Positions 51,571 to 64,000 of a DNA stretch of 64,000 nt are shown here, piece after piece. Below the pieces are notes generated by a model that was not told where the DNA came from, did no database searches, and worked only from the letters and a program-made list of their open reading frames with translations. The DNA comes from Octopus vulgaris (lineage: Eukaryota). The translations under genes were made by a program, and so were the position numbers. How positions within the stretch are numbered: position 1 is the stretch's first letter; each line of letters opens with the position of its first letter. The stretch is taken from positions 57,474,001 through 57,538,000 of the forward strand of contig OX597822.1 of assembly GCA_951406725.2 (NCBI GenBank). The letters are read 5' to 3'.

Positions 51571-52588
51571 TCTGTACTTCATTACTTTACATGCCTGTAC
51601 TAATGCAGACTTCTTTCTTGCACACTACACCTGACTTGTACCTAATTTATCTCTCGGATTATTTGTACCATGCCATTCATGCACACTAGCATTACAGATC
51701 CAGTGAAGCTTACTTTCTCAGCTAAACCCTAAACTACATAGTTTAGGAGCAAACTTCTTAACCACATAGCCATGACTGCATATATATTAGTTTTAAATTT
51801 TGGCACAAGGCCATCAATTTTGGGAGCAGACGTAAGTCGATTACATGAACCCCAGTGTGCAACTGGTATAGTTTATTCACTCTGTAAGGATAAAAGGCAC
51901 AGTCGACCTTAGAGGAATTTGAACTTGGAATGTAAAGACAGATGGTATGCTGTTAAGCATTTTGGCTGGTGTGCTAATGATTCTACCAGCTCATGTTAAT
52001 GTGTATTTTAAATCTTACTTGACATTTTGTCAACTTGTATTTCTACTCAGTGGAAAATCATGTTAATTTGTGCACCACAGGGTTCCATATATATTTCTAC
52101 ATCAGAGTGCTTTATTTAATATATACACATTAAAACCCAAGACTTCATACAACAGAGAGGAGTCCTCTAAAGACACATGATAAGATGGTTGAACAATAAT
52201 GGACTATCAGGATTTTCATACCAACTAAACTTCACTCACAAAGCTTTAGTCAGTCCAAGGCTATAGTAGCAAACGATCCCAAGTATCATACTGTGGTATC
52301 ATAATTGTTGCTTGCAATGCAAACATTTTAATCGTGTAGCCATATCTGTCCACAAATTGGACATGCTTTTTCAAAAAACAAAGTGGTTGCCCAATGATAT
52401 TATAGACAGTTGACCATGTTTTGGGCTGGATGAAGATCACTTTTACATTGAAAAATACTAAAAGCAGATGTTTTAAATAGGTTGTCTTTTATTGAGCAAA
52501 GAGATGAGTGCAATAATATTGATGGATAATATTTTTTTAACTTATTCCTTTCTCTTAAGGCCTTTTTTTTCCCCTTCTATTTTTACAG

Positions 52589-52627
52589 GTGCAGCCTATG
52601 CTCAGTTCATGGATATTTTATTTCCAG
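52589..52627 (+). CDS. MAPRE1: EB1 coding exon 2 (39 nt)
   Basis: Acceptor TTTTACAG; (G)AAYAQFMDILFP; donor GTAAGT; phase 1-1. Confidence 0.93.
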
Positions 52628-53685
52628 GTAAGTTTTATGTATGCATGTTTATTCATTTTAACATTCATTGTTCTCTGTGGCATGACAGGGAATTAAGGTA
52701 GGGTTTTATGGCCAGATGTTTTCCTTGTTGCCTACTTTTACTTGTTCTTGTATAATTCAAATAATGGGATATCAGGGCAATTATATTCTAGCCTAATAAC
52801 TCAGTTGGCCCAATCAAATTAAAAAGATATATCAAAAGCCAAACAGTTTACATATCCATGGAAATGCATGACATGTCTCACTCTGCTTTCTTTAGAATTT
52901 TGTGAACTCTGAACACAATGGTCTATCCCTTCCTTGAAAGAACACTTGACAATCCTATTATGATACATTACAAAGTGTAATGTGTACTATATTTTCTGTT
53001 ACAGTAGTTTTTGTTCTGTGTTAACTACTTTAAAGGAACTGCTAAAGCTGATGACCCAATTAACCAAGACTTAATATGCATACTTATGTGATGGCTAGTG
53101 TTTAGCTTGATGAATAACTCACATGTCACAAGATGTTTTTCATGAGATTGGCAGCTGTATAAAAGATTTAAGCAATGTGATACTAGCTGAGTGTTTCATC
53201 TATAGTTTAATAATGTAGTTGGAGTTAAAGTTTGTCTCTAAACAACTTTCAATTAGTCTTACAGGAAAAGGTATTTGTTGTAGCAACTCATGTTTGTTCT
53301 GCTTATTTCTTGTTTAATCAAAATATACCATTTCTTTCATGGCATTAAAAAGTGGCTGGTATTAAGCCATAGAATTCTCACATTGTAAATTAATCTGTGT
53401 GATTGGCTACTGCTAAGGTGGGCACTATTTTGAATTGATAGCTCTTTGCATTTTTTGTTTAACTCAGCACAGTAAATTGAGGTAAATTGTCAATTTAACT
53501 TTTCACTATCCATCTAATGTATATTTTTGTGGTGTTTTTTATTGGAAACTTCAACAAGAAAACTGCCTTTTCCAAAGACCCTGCTACTTCCAGTACATTT
53601 TTTCAACAAGATTTGAATTTATCAGTACTCATATAAATAAGTTATCAGTTTCTAATTTAGTATTCTACAATTTTTTTATTTACAG

Positions 53686-53792
53686 GCAGTATTCCATTGA
53701 AAAAAATTAAATTCAGTACTCGATTAGAACATGAATATATACAGAATTTCAAACTTCTTCAGTCCAGTTTTTGCAAGCTTAATGTTGAACAG
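53686..53792 (+). CDS. MAPRE1: EB1 coding exon 3 (CH domain)
   Basis: Acceptor TTTACAG; (G)[35 protein letters not shown]; donor GTGCGT; 107 nt. Confidence 0.93.
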
Positions 53793-54332
53793 GTGCGTAT
53801 CAGTTTCATTCATTAATGTTTATAATGTGTGTGTGTGTGTATGCACACTAATTATTGATTGACTCCAGGTCAGTCATCAGTGAACAGACTTAGATCGCCT
53901 TGTTCCATTTATGACCATCCTGTCTTTTATTCAGGCATAGTGTATTTAAAACTACTTTATCCTTCCTTTCTAAGATGACAGTGATCTGAAAGGGATTTGG
54001 CTACACTTTCTAACAAAAAGAGCTGTTCTGTAGAAGTACTAGTCAAGTATTGCTCACATTGTGTCAAAATTTAAAACATTATTGTAGTTGTGTTGAATTA
54101 ATGAACTAAAGAGGGTTGTAGACCCTGCAAAATCTGACAAAAGAACTGATGTGGAGTAGAGGAGCTCTTTTAGTCCAGCTGCACCTAGTTTATGCAATGA
54201 TGTGGTCGGTGATAGTTAAGGTCATTCAACTGTAAAAGCTTTACAGAAAAAGGACATACACAGGAATGAAGTTAGTAGGTAATTGTGATAACAATGCTCC
54301 ATATTAAATACTTCAACTAATTTAAAAGACAT

Positions 54333-54585
54333 ATGCCGGTGGCACGTAAAAAGCACCATCCGATTGTGGCCGTCTGCCAGCCTCGTCTGGCACCTGTGCT
54401 GGTGGCACGTAAAAAGCACCCATTACACTCTCGGAGTGGTTGGCGTTAGGAAGGGCATCCAGCTGTAGAAACACTGCCAGATCAGACCGGGCCTGGTGCA
54501 GCCTTCTGGCTTCCCAGACCCCAGTTGAACCGTCCAACCCATGCTAGCATGGAAAACGGACGTTAAATGATGATGATGATGATGC
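54333..54585 (+). mobile_element. RTE-type 3' tail element, young, with about 1.4 copies of the 63-bp unit
   Basis: Reverse complement of 6693-6950; (GAT)n tail. Confidence 0.85.
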
Positions 54586-55485
54586 TGGCTTGGTACTAGA
54601 TGTAAGAGACTAGACTATTGTATAGATCAGTATCATTTAGCATCACATTTCCTCTTATCTAATGCTTTCCTTTTTTGCTTTTTTAAACCCATCAATAATC
54701 ATTACTGCTGTTATTACATCCATTTTCCATACTGTCTATATTGGACAAGTTGTCTTCACCTCCATCCTTTTTTAAGTTTGAGACTTCCTTGCTTTCAAAA
54801 AATTACATCTTTGATATGATTCCTCTGACTAAAGCCTTTCCTAAGACTAACTGCTTTAGAATGTAATGTATGCATTTTATTTTTCACTACGGAAGAGATT
54901 CTCATGTCTTTGAACATGTTAATATGACTTCTTGACTCTAAATTTTCTCCGCTTGTTTGTAGAGTACACTTATTAGAGTGTACTAGATACATTTTTGGGG
55001 GGTGGGGGGGACACCTAACTTGTGGTGTCTCTTCATTTAAAGCAACAGAGCCAAGAAGGTAGATAGATGGAGAATGGTGAGAGTAGAACCCACTTGAGTG
55101 GGTGAACAAAGCAATGGAAGGAACAACAATGGTACTTTGGGTGTGTGATAGAGAGATGAGAGGGTATCAAAGAGATATTGGAGTAACAGATGGAGGTTTA
55201 ACAGGGATATAGTAGACAGCTACCCTTAGTATCACTGTCCAGTCGTCATCACTACCTCGTTTTAACTTTCATTGCAGCATGCTTCCACAGGTGGATTTTC
55301 TTCAGCACAATGCAAGATTTTCACCTCTTCATCTTGTTATCAGATGTTAGTTGATAATAGCCATATTGAAGGCTTGGTGTTGTTTAGGAATATCTAATAT
55401 CAGATATTGTCAAATCTACACCAATGTAACAGACCTTTGATTTGAGATGTGATAGAAGAAATGTTTTTTTTTTTTTAGAGTTATA

Positions 55486-55860
55486 GGTGCAGGCATGGGT
55501 TGTGTGGTTAAGAAGCTTACCATCCAACCATGTGGTCTTAGGTTCAGTCTCACTGCACGGCATTTGGGGCGAGTGCCTTCTACTATAACTTTGGACAAAC
55601 CAAAACTTTGAGTGTAAATTTGATAGATGGAAACTGAAAGAAGCCCACTGTGTTTGTGTACCGTGTCTTGCCATCATATGCTGATAGTAAATGAGTATCA
55701 CCAGTATGCAAAGGGTGGTGTTTGTTTCTTGTCATCCTTGATGAAATATTAACTTGCTTGGAAACAGGTCTGAGTTGGCAACAGAAGTGACTTCACGATA
55801 GAAAATCTGTTTCAACAAATTCCATCTGACCCATGCAACTATAGAAAAGTTTAGATTAAA
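55486..55860 (+). mobile_element. Family-A-head/RTE-tail SINE
   Basis: GGTGCAGGCATGGGTTGTGTGGTTAAG head; CCATCTGACCCATGCAA tail. Confidence 0.7.
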
Positions 55861-55979
55861 AGATATTGAAAATATGTTAAATCCTAAAGGATTCCTTGAA
55901 GCATTTTCTGTTTAGCATTACATTTAAATTGACATTTCAGTATAAGGAATAAAATTTTAAGCAATTGTTCTTCACAAAG

Positions 55980-56208
55980 GTTGTTCCTGTAGAGAGGCTT
56001 GTGAAAGGAAGATTCCAAGATAACTTTGAATTCGTCCAATGGTTCAAAAAGTTTTTTGATGCTAACTATGATGGACGCGAATATGATGCTAACTCTGCCC
56101 GTAAATTAGCTGGAATTGCGGCTACCTCTGCTAAACCATTACCAGCAACTACCAAAACCCATCCTCCAAAAACTGCTGGCGTTATGACAAAAACAACTAC
56201 AAGGCAAG
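55980..56208 (+). CDS. MAPRE1: EB1 coding exon 4 (end of CH domain and linker)
   Basis: Acceptor TTCTTCACAAAG; [35 protein letters not shown]...TTRQ; donor GTAAGT; 229 nt. Confidence 0.95.
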
Positions 56209-56414
56209 GTAAGTGTTAAAATTGGGGGGTTTTTTTTGGGGGGGGGGGGTTCTCTTGTAAACTCCTTTAAAGACTAGTTTAAAACCGAAAAGATCACTGA
56301 CCCACTAACAGATCCCAAACCACATATCACTTGCCAGGTGAATTCCACAGACCATCTGCAATTCCATCTATTATTAGATCTTATAAAGTTTATGCCTGTT
56401 TTATTTTATCTTAT

Positions 56415-56783
56415 CTAGCACTATGACCCAGCGTTGCCAGGTCTTAGTGCTAGTGCATGCATATACAGCTGCGTGCGTGCGCGTATACACATGAGTACTG
56501 TCCAAATCTCCGACCAATCACATGCAGCTAGCTGGCATTCAATTGGCATATCAAGTTTCGGGCATTTTGATTGGGTTTTGGAAAGAAAATTCACAAAAGT
56601 GTCACTTCTATTGATTTTTTAATGGCTTTGCGGGGTGACTGGGGAAATGTAAAGATGTGCACAACCACCCTTGGACGGTTTTGAATGACCATAGAAAATG
56701 CGTGCCCTCTAACTGAAAAATTGTGGATTTGTATAAAGGATACACACACACACAGACATTTTGCCGTTTATATATATAGAGAT
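56415..56783 (-). mobile_element. Non-autonomous Helitron-like element
   Basis: Minus strand begins TC(TC)TATATATA with a TG microsatellite and ends in CTAG within the hairpin CTAGCACTATGACC / GGTCTTAGTGCTAG. Confidence 0.65.
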
Positions 56784-57380
56784 TACTTAAAGTGTTTAAA
56801 TTTTCATATCATTTTGTTGTGATATGTAAAAAAACATCGTTTTATCAGTATCAAATGAGGAAATAGATGCAGACACTGTTGAGAAGCTTGCTTCTCAACC
56901 ATATGGTTGCAGGTTCAGTCCCACTGCACAACACCTTGGACAGAGGTCTTAAACTTTAACCCTGGGCCAACCAAAGTTTGTAAGTGGATTTGGTAAGTGG
57001 GAACTGAAAAGAAGCCTGTAGTTTGTTTGTGCATATACTTGTCTTGACATCATGTGAATGTTGTAAAGAAGCATCACTGGCCATGAGGTAATATCTCTTT
57101 GCTTGGAAACAAGTGATATTTGGCAACAGGAAGAGTATCTGGCTAGATAAAATGTCTTAGTGAAGTCTGTCTGATTCATGCAAGCATGGGAAAAGCATAA
57201 ACATTGAATGCCTTCCCTAGTATAGTCAAACATTGATTACACTTTTGTAATCTGAAGCTAAAATAAATGAATATAATGGTGAGGTGGACAAAGAATTTTG
57301 TAAAAGTTTTGGAAGCCATTTTCTTGCTCCCTTGAACTATACATGCTGCTTGCCCAGTTCTCTACAGATTAGATCTTTAA

Positions 57381-57600
57381 CCCTTTAGTGTTTAAACCGG
57401 CCATATCTGGCCCAGATATTCTACATGTTTTATATTCAAACTGGCCATATCCAGCCTCTTACACCTAACCTACATTGACATTCTAAAAATAGACAATCAC
57501 ATCATTGAAACCTGAAAGATATAACATTATGCATGATTCATTCAAAACAATTTGAGTGAAAAAGTATTGCATTTAACAGAGTAATCTGAACACTAAAGGG
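57381..57600. mobile_element. piggyBac-type MITE (second family)
   Basis: TTAA + CCCTTTAGTGTT ... AACACTAAAGGG + TTAC; degenerate copy at about 58693-58888. Confidence 0.85.
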
Positions 57601-59903
57601 TTACGGTTTTCTCCTGTTTGGGAAATATTTAAGGACTTCTCTTGGAAAAATTTTTGAATTAATTGTTTAAGTAGACATAGCTCTTGTGATTCATTGTTTT
57701 GATATATGGTGAAATATCAACCTATTCAGGCTGACTTTGTCAAAGTTTATTCTGAATCTTAACGATGGGAATTGGTCCATCAAGTTGATGATTATAATGA
57801 TCATTTAACGTATCTGGTTGTCAATGCTATAAAGATATGAAATTAGATTTGATGGATCAACTAAAACAAGGATTTTCACAAGATCTCTAGCAAATGATTC
57901 ATTATCATTGTTTAATGTCCCCATGCTGGCATGGGTTTGACAGGAGCTGGACAGGCAGGACCCTGCATCAGACTTCTGTGTCTATTTTGGCATGGTTTTT
58001 ATGGATCGATGCCCTTCCTAACACCAGTACTAAAGATGTGAACTATTTCCCACATTAGCTGCAAAAATTGTCATCCTGTCTTAATAATAAATGTCATTGA
58101 TTTAATTTGGTTCACTTCTAAACCACTTTTATAGAGGATCTGTTTCTTTGTTTTATTTACTTTCATCATAACATCATTTTGGTTATTCTTCATTGGTTTG
58201 GGGAAAAGCCTTAATTTATGTATTTGGTACAAAACACAAAAGATCTTATACCCTGAGGAGTTACTTCACTCAGTATATTAGGAAAAGACAATAAAAACTG
58301 GGTAGGAGGTGCTTTGTACACAATGCATACATCTCTGGCAGGCTCAAGAACTACTTCAAGTGGATAAATTTCCTTTTCCTGATTTCAGTCAATAAACTAT
58401 TCTACAATATAATCAACTACATTCACCTCAGCAGGATGAAAAGTTATATTTAGTAGTAGAGAAATGAAATATATGTTGTAAATTTAATGGACAAGTTTAT
58501 TGCTTAATAGCTGAAATCAGAAAAATCTGACATTCAAGGAGTTGTTAAATCTGTTGGCAACAAGCAGCTTCTCTTCCCATACAAAATGCAGCCTCTGTGA
58601 ACCAAATGTATTGTTACATAGTTGTAAGGCAGGAGCATTGAATGCAGAACAGAACTGAAATACGTTAACTACGATCTATGGGAAGCTGAGTGTTAATGCA
58701 TTAGCACCCTAACCGGCCATATCTAGCCCAAGTATTTTGTTTTATGTTCAAACCAGCCAAATCTGGACTCACACTCCTGCCTTATAATGTCATTAACCAT
58801 CATATCATATCAGTCTTGAAGCTACAAGATAATGCATGATTAATTCAAAACAAAGTGAATAAATATTAATCTGAATGCTAAAGAGTTAAAGACACTATCT
58901 AATGTATGTAGCTGCACTTACATGAGAAATGAGTGGAAAGATGCCATGGAATGGCAATAGAAAGTGACTGTAGTAAACAACTTAGTAAGATTTCTGGGTT
59001 AGAGGACTTTGAGAAAATTAGATGGAATATTCTTTATAATAATAACCATGACAGTATGGAAAAATGAGCCTTAAAGCACATATCTAAATGGTGTCTGTTC
59101 ACCCTAAGTCTCCATTTGACTGCTGTTTCCCTCTCTTATAAAGGTTCTTGGAAAATATATTGTGGTTGTAATGCATAAAAGAATCTTTTTCATGTTTTAT
59201 AATTGCTTAGTTTAGGGAAAGTCAGTGTCAATAGCCTTTGCAAGCATTATTTCAATTATCTAGAATTTGTGTACGTGTCAAAGTTGATTGATCTCTACAC
59301 TTCTTCTTTGTATTGGATTTGAACTGAAGTATTTTTGAAGCTCAAAGAGGAATCTTAGATGCAGTTTTGACTTATTTTTTATGTGCAATAACCATAACAG
59401 AAGTGTGAAGTTTGTTAATGGCTTCAGTTGTGTTGTTCATAGGTAATGAAGATACAGTCTTGTCTGTATGCCTAAATTAATGATAGTGACTTGGTGTTGT
59501 AAGAAAGACCGGATTGTCATTGAAGGGTTGTTTTCAAAGTTGCGGTTTATGGAAGTGATGGGATGTTTGGTAAATTATTAAAAGTACCAGCAAGTACAAA
59601 TTGAAAACTGGGAAATATGAGTATACTAGTTTAAAAAAATAAGAGATGGACAGAGAACCCCATCAGCACAGGCTGCTGTGTTGTCTGGTGTAAAATTTGA
59701 TGTAAGAAATGGGCTTTGGGTAGGTAGTAGAACATGAGTGTAGAACTGAATCCATTTTGCATTGCATGCACAATGTGATGTTAACTTCAGGAATATTTAT
59801 TGAGATTGACTAGTAGTGAAGTGGTTAAATAATTTAAATTAAGGTACTTCATGGCCAAACTAGGCTACTGCTACTACTTTTTCCCCCCCTTTTTTTCTTC
59901 CAG

Positions 59904-59998
59904 CTGCTCCTGTTTCAGCCAAAGCTCCTACTCGTCAAACAGCTCGTCCTGCAGGTGCTAATCAATTAGACAACAAAAGCGAAGATCTAAGGAAGCAG
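59904..59998 (+). CDS. MAPRE1: EB1 coding exon 5 (linker and start of coiled coil)
   Basis: Long pyrimidine tract and CAG; (A)APVSAKAPTRQTARPAGANQLDNKSEDLRKQ; donor GTTTGT; 95 nt, phase 1-0, in frame with both neighbours. Confidence 0.88.
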
Positions 59999-60008
59999 GT
60001 TTGTTTAA

Positions 60009-60211
60009 CCCCTTTGCATTTAAACCAACCATATCCAGCCAAAATATCCTACTTGTTTTATCTTCAAACTGGTCATATCTGGCCTTTCACATCTACCCTG
60101 CAATGTCATTCCAAAAATAATCTCATTATCAAAATCTCAAAGCCATGAAATAATACATGATTAATTTAAAATAAGCATTATATTTGGAACAGTAATCTGA
60201 ATACTAAAGGG
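60009..60211. mobile_element. piggyBac-type MITE (second family)
   Basis: TTAA at 60005-08, CCCCTTTGCATTT...AATACTAAAGGG; colinear with 57381-57600. Confidence 0.8.
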
Positions 60212-61241
60212 TTACAGTTATACCATAGCTTGTGAATCGAATTTTGACAAATGTAATTATTTGAAAGCCTATAATGTGTGTGGTGGATTCTTTTGTTCAG
60301 TCAACTGAATTCCTCTATGTAAAATTAAAATGTGACAGTATTATTCTCTACACTTGTACTCTTAACATAATCCGTAGGTTCAACCCGCTCAACCCTATAT
60401 AACCAGACTAGGTCTTTTAAATTACTGGTAGGATCACTCCAGTGCTGCAGAGTGTAACAAACCAAAATCAATACCACAAGGCAGTCTTTATGATACTCTA
60501 ACAGTTCTACCAGTTTGTCACAGTCTGGATCAGTTTTTATTTGGATTTAATGCAAATTGTAAAATATTTTCCAACAAAAACGTCTTGCATTGTTTCCTCT
60601 CAGTTATGTTTCTTTATACCCAAGTTAACCTTGCCTTTCTCTCTTTATTAGGCTAATAAATTGAGCTAGGCAAATCAACTAAAACCTTTGAACATGAAAT
60701 CTCATTATGGTTTCAGCCTAATGACTGAACTCAATAATAATATAAGGACCATGCTTGCAGAAGTATGGAGAGATTTTTCTCTGTTTATTGATAACATATA
60801 AACATGGCTGTCCGGTTGCTTCACAAACATATAGTTTAGGGTTCATTCTCATTGTATGGCACTACAGTCTCCTTCTATAGTCTCAAGCTAATCAATTCCT
60901 TGCAATTCAAGTTGATAAACAGAAACTTTTGGTTATGTTCCTTGTAACACAAGGTCACCTTATTGAGGGTGTCATTGTTTATGTCTGCCATAAGAACACT
61001 TCTAGCCGTTGAGCAGTTCATTGTTTCAAAAGACTAGTGCAATAACTACTTCCTTGGAGACAAAGGTTTGCAGTAAGAAAGTTATTCTACCTTAACAAAT
61101 CTCATTCCAAAAACAAGTGACTAAAAATGCTGACAGGTGAATTTTAAGATTCTTTTGTCATTGAGTATGCTTCTTTATGATTGCATTTCTTCTGAGTTAA
61201 GACCGTAACTATGCTTACTTCAGTTAACTGAATGCTAAAGG

Positions 61242-61679
61242 TATCAGGTCATCCCATAAGTTCTGTCCGAATTTTGAATAAAGAAAACAAGTGATCAAAT
61301 GTTATATTTAATTGAAATGTAATCATCAATGTACTTTCCCTGATTATCTATGACTTCCTTCCATGTATTTACAAGATTTTTAATCCCATCAATGTAAAAC
61401 TATTTTGGTTTCAAAATGAAACTGACATTTCAGAGTTCTTCAGATATACTCATAAAGCATTATGTGCCTTAAATGCTCTTCGATTAAAACCCTTTCTAAC
61501 ATGGAAGTATCCAAAGAAATTTTAATTCTATTATTCTGTAAAATAATATTTAATTAGTTTAAATGTACACAAATGCGTAAAAATAATTTTTAATTCCATT
61601 AGACTTTCTAAGATACTATTAAATTTCATTCAATTTTTAAAAAGGTAAAATTGGACAGAACTTATGGGATGACCTGATA
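61242..61679 (-). mobile_element. Mariner-derived MITE
   Basis: Perfect 27-bp inverted repeat including TA (TATCAGGTCATCCCATAAGTTCTGTCC); minus-strand remnant DGIKNLVNTWKEVIDNQGKYIDD of the transposase C-terminus. Confidence 0.9.
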
Positions 61680-61988
61680 GTTTGTAACTTCCACTTTCGT
61701 ATTTGCTTTATATATGTGTGTGTGTGTGTGTGTTTATATATATATTGTTTCTAGAAGCATTGAATGTGTAGCATATTGTACATACAATACTCCACTATAA
61801 AATAATTTCTCGATGGAATTCAATGCATTTTACTGTATTTGCTATCAACAGGAATCCCTACTTGGCAATGACTGTTGCTGCTGATACGATACGCATCTGA
61901 TGCTTCTAAAATCAAAATAAAAGTTTGTTTACATATGTTGTTGTTGCATATACTGATGATAATATATTCTGAATCTTTTTTTTAATAG

Positions 61989-62135
61989 ATTGCAGATATG
62001 AAAATTGCTGCTGATGGTTTAGAAAAAGAGAGGGACTTTTACTTTGGAAAATTAAGAGCTATTGAAATTCTTTGTCAAGATCATGAAGACGATACTGTTG
62101 TCAAGGAAATCATGGAAATATTGTATGCCACAGAG
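61989..62135 (+). CDS. MAPRE1: EB1 coding exon 6 (EBH domain); terminal exon lies beyond the window
   Basis: Acceptor TTTTAATAG; IADMKIAADGLEKERDFYFGKLRAIEILCQDHEDDTVVKEIMEILYATE; donor GTAAAC; 147 nt. Confidence 0.95.
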
Positions 62136-62960
62136 GTAAACTTCATGTTCCTTTTGCAACAAAAGCAAACTCATGTTTTCACAATTTTCAGTTTTAATAT
62201 AACATTTCCAAGCCATGGATTGATTTACCATCGTTTTTAAAAAGGAATAAAGTTATATGTCAATGCATGTAGTTGATCTAGTCCTGAACTGTTGAAATAA
62301 TGATTTGTTCAAGTTTTATAGTTTGATGTAAATCTTAATTTCTAATAGTTTGAAATTTGAAATGTTACAGATAAATCTTGGTACAGTTTTTAATTAAAAC
62401 AATTTTTTTTTTTTTTTTTGGTATTTCCATTATTAAGGTTTTAATTTCACAGTTTCACTTTCAGCATTTTTTTTTTCTAAGGATATTTTTTTCAGTATTG
62501 TAAGCAAATAGACAATCTATTCCCATTTTTCCTAATCATTTTGGTTCTTTTGTTTTTTCTTTTACACTTTTTTTTCTTTCTTTTTTTTTTGCTCAATTAT
62601 GATTTTATAAAAATTTCTGTTTCAGGATCTTTAAACAGCAAACAACTTCAATTTTTTTTTTAAACCAAAACTATAAAAAAGAAAAAGCCTCAACATGCCA
62701 ATTTGATAAAATGCATTAATCAGTGTTGCTGTCTCAGTTGATATTCTTTTTTGGTCTTAATGGTTTTAGGCTCAATGTATATCAGTTGCAAAACTTTTTT
62801 TTCTTTTCACCCCCTATTAAAACTTTTTGTCCAGCTTTGTCACTGTTGACTTTTTTCACACGCACCACCCCCCTTCCTTATCGAAGAAGATTATAAGTTC
62901 TTCGGTGTATGCCTCTTTGATATTAAATGTCTTGGAAGTTTACTACTGATTTTTTTCTGT

Positions 62961-63031
62961 TTCATCACTATCACATGGACGTTGGTTATTCATCACTATC
63001 ACATGGACATTGGTTATTCATCAGTATCACA
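62961..63031. repeat. 28-bp tandem repeat, about 2.5 copies
   Basis: TTCATCACTATCACATGGACRTTGGTTA at 62961, 62989 and partial at 63017. Confidence 0.85.
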
Positions 63032-64000
63032 CTTCCTGTTTCTCATTTCTGTCATCACTATCATCATCACACTAACAATAGCCTTGTTATATCTCGGGCC
63101 TTTCAATCCCTGCTTCTTATTATTTACTGTTGTTAGTTTTATTGTTTGGAACAAAGTTTCATACACAGTTCAACTCAAATTTAGTTTCGCTTTTATATTT
63201 TATTTATTTTGCCTTACAATAAATGCTTTAACTTGCACTTAAGGCTTAACTTTTAGTATTCTCCATACTCTTGCATACCAGCTATATCTCTGCATAGTTT
63301 TATTATTGCATTCGTTTTGTTTTTTTACTTCATTGCTAATTAAGCTTATATTATAATAGCACCAAAAAAGGAAGTAATTATTGCTATTTATGGGACTGGA
63401 CCAGTTAAAGTTCTAAGATTGTCATTTAGTGTGTAGCTTGAGGGCTTTCACAAATTTTAAAAACTTCTGATCTGTGTAATCAAAGAATAACAGACCCAAA
63501 CAAGCCAGACTCCACTATAAAAATAATTTCTTTGTGGAATTCAATACATTTTACTGTATCTGCTACCAATAGAAATCCCCACTTGACAAGTCTGTTACTA
63601 CTGATGATGGCACATTCTGCATATTCTTATATGCAATTAGGCATCGGTGTTAGGAAGGGCATCCAGCCATAGAAACCCTGTCAAAAAAGACATGGATCCC
63701 CAGGCAGCTCTTCAGCTGGTCAGCTACTGTAAAACCATGCAACTCATGTCCACATGGAAAACATGATGAGATAGGTTTGGAATGTATCATTAGATTTATT
63801 TTCTAAATCCTGAGCATTTGTATTTGTGAACTTCTATATCCAATATTCTTTTCCAGTGATGTATATATTATTTAATTTTATGTTTGCATGGACTAAAAGC
63901 TTCTCTCTTAACTTTAGTTTATATTTTTATTTTCTTTATTTTGTCTTCAGAGACGTTGAATTAATTTTTTCCCCCCTACTTCTAACGCTGTTTCATTGAG

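Noticed and set aside
58249-58305. Second hammerhead candidate (CTGAGGA...GAAA)
   Set aside because: Stems II and III and the NUH triplet cannot be formed convincingly.
62136-64000. EB1 terminal exon (acidic tail ending EEY/F)
   Set aside because: No matching sequence after any acceptor; presumed to lie beyond the window.

Overview
AT-rich, repeat-dense eukaryotic DNA, most likely from an octopus or other coleoid; this is inferred from the SINE families and intron scale and cannot be proven from the window. Two housekeeping genes sit head-to-head around 36.5-37.4 kb. On the minus strand is the first coding exon of proteasome subunit beta-2 (PSMB2); I found no further PSMB2 exons in the 36 kb downstream. 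On the plus strand is an EB1/MAPRE microtubule end-binding gene with a probable non-coding exon 1 and six coding exons (246 codons, last exon outside the window). The rest is intronic and filled with SINEs, RTE and CR1-like LINE fragments, mariner, Tigger and piggyBac elements with their MITEs, Helitron-like elements and microsatellites. Most notable: a Penelope-like GIY-YIG element ending in an apparently intact hammerhead ribozyme; a 63-bp tandem array with a predicted pseudoknot inside an RTE-type 3' tail; a U6 snRNA fragment enclosed by an inverted repeat; and a 30-bp hairpin in PSMB2 intron 1. Nearly all ORFs in the supplied track are repeat-derived or spurious.
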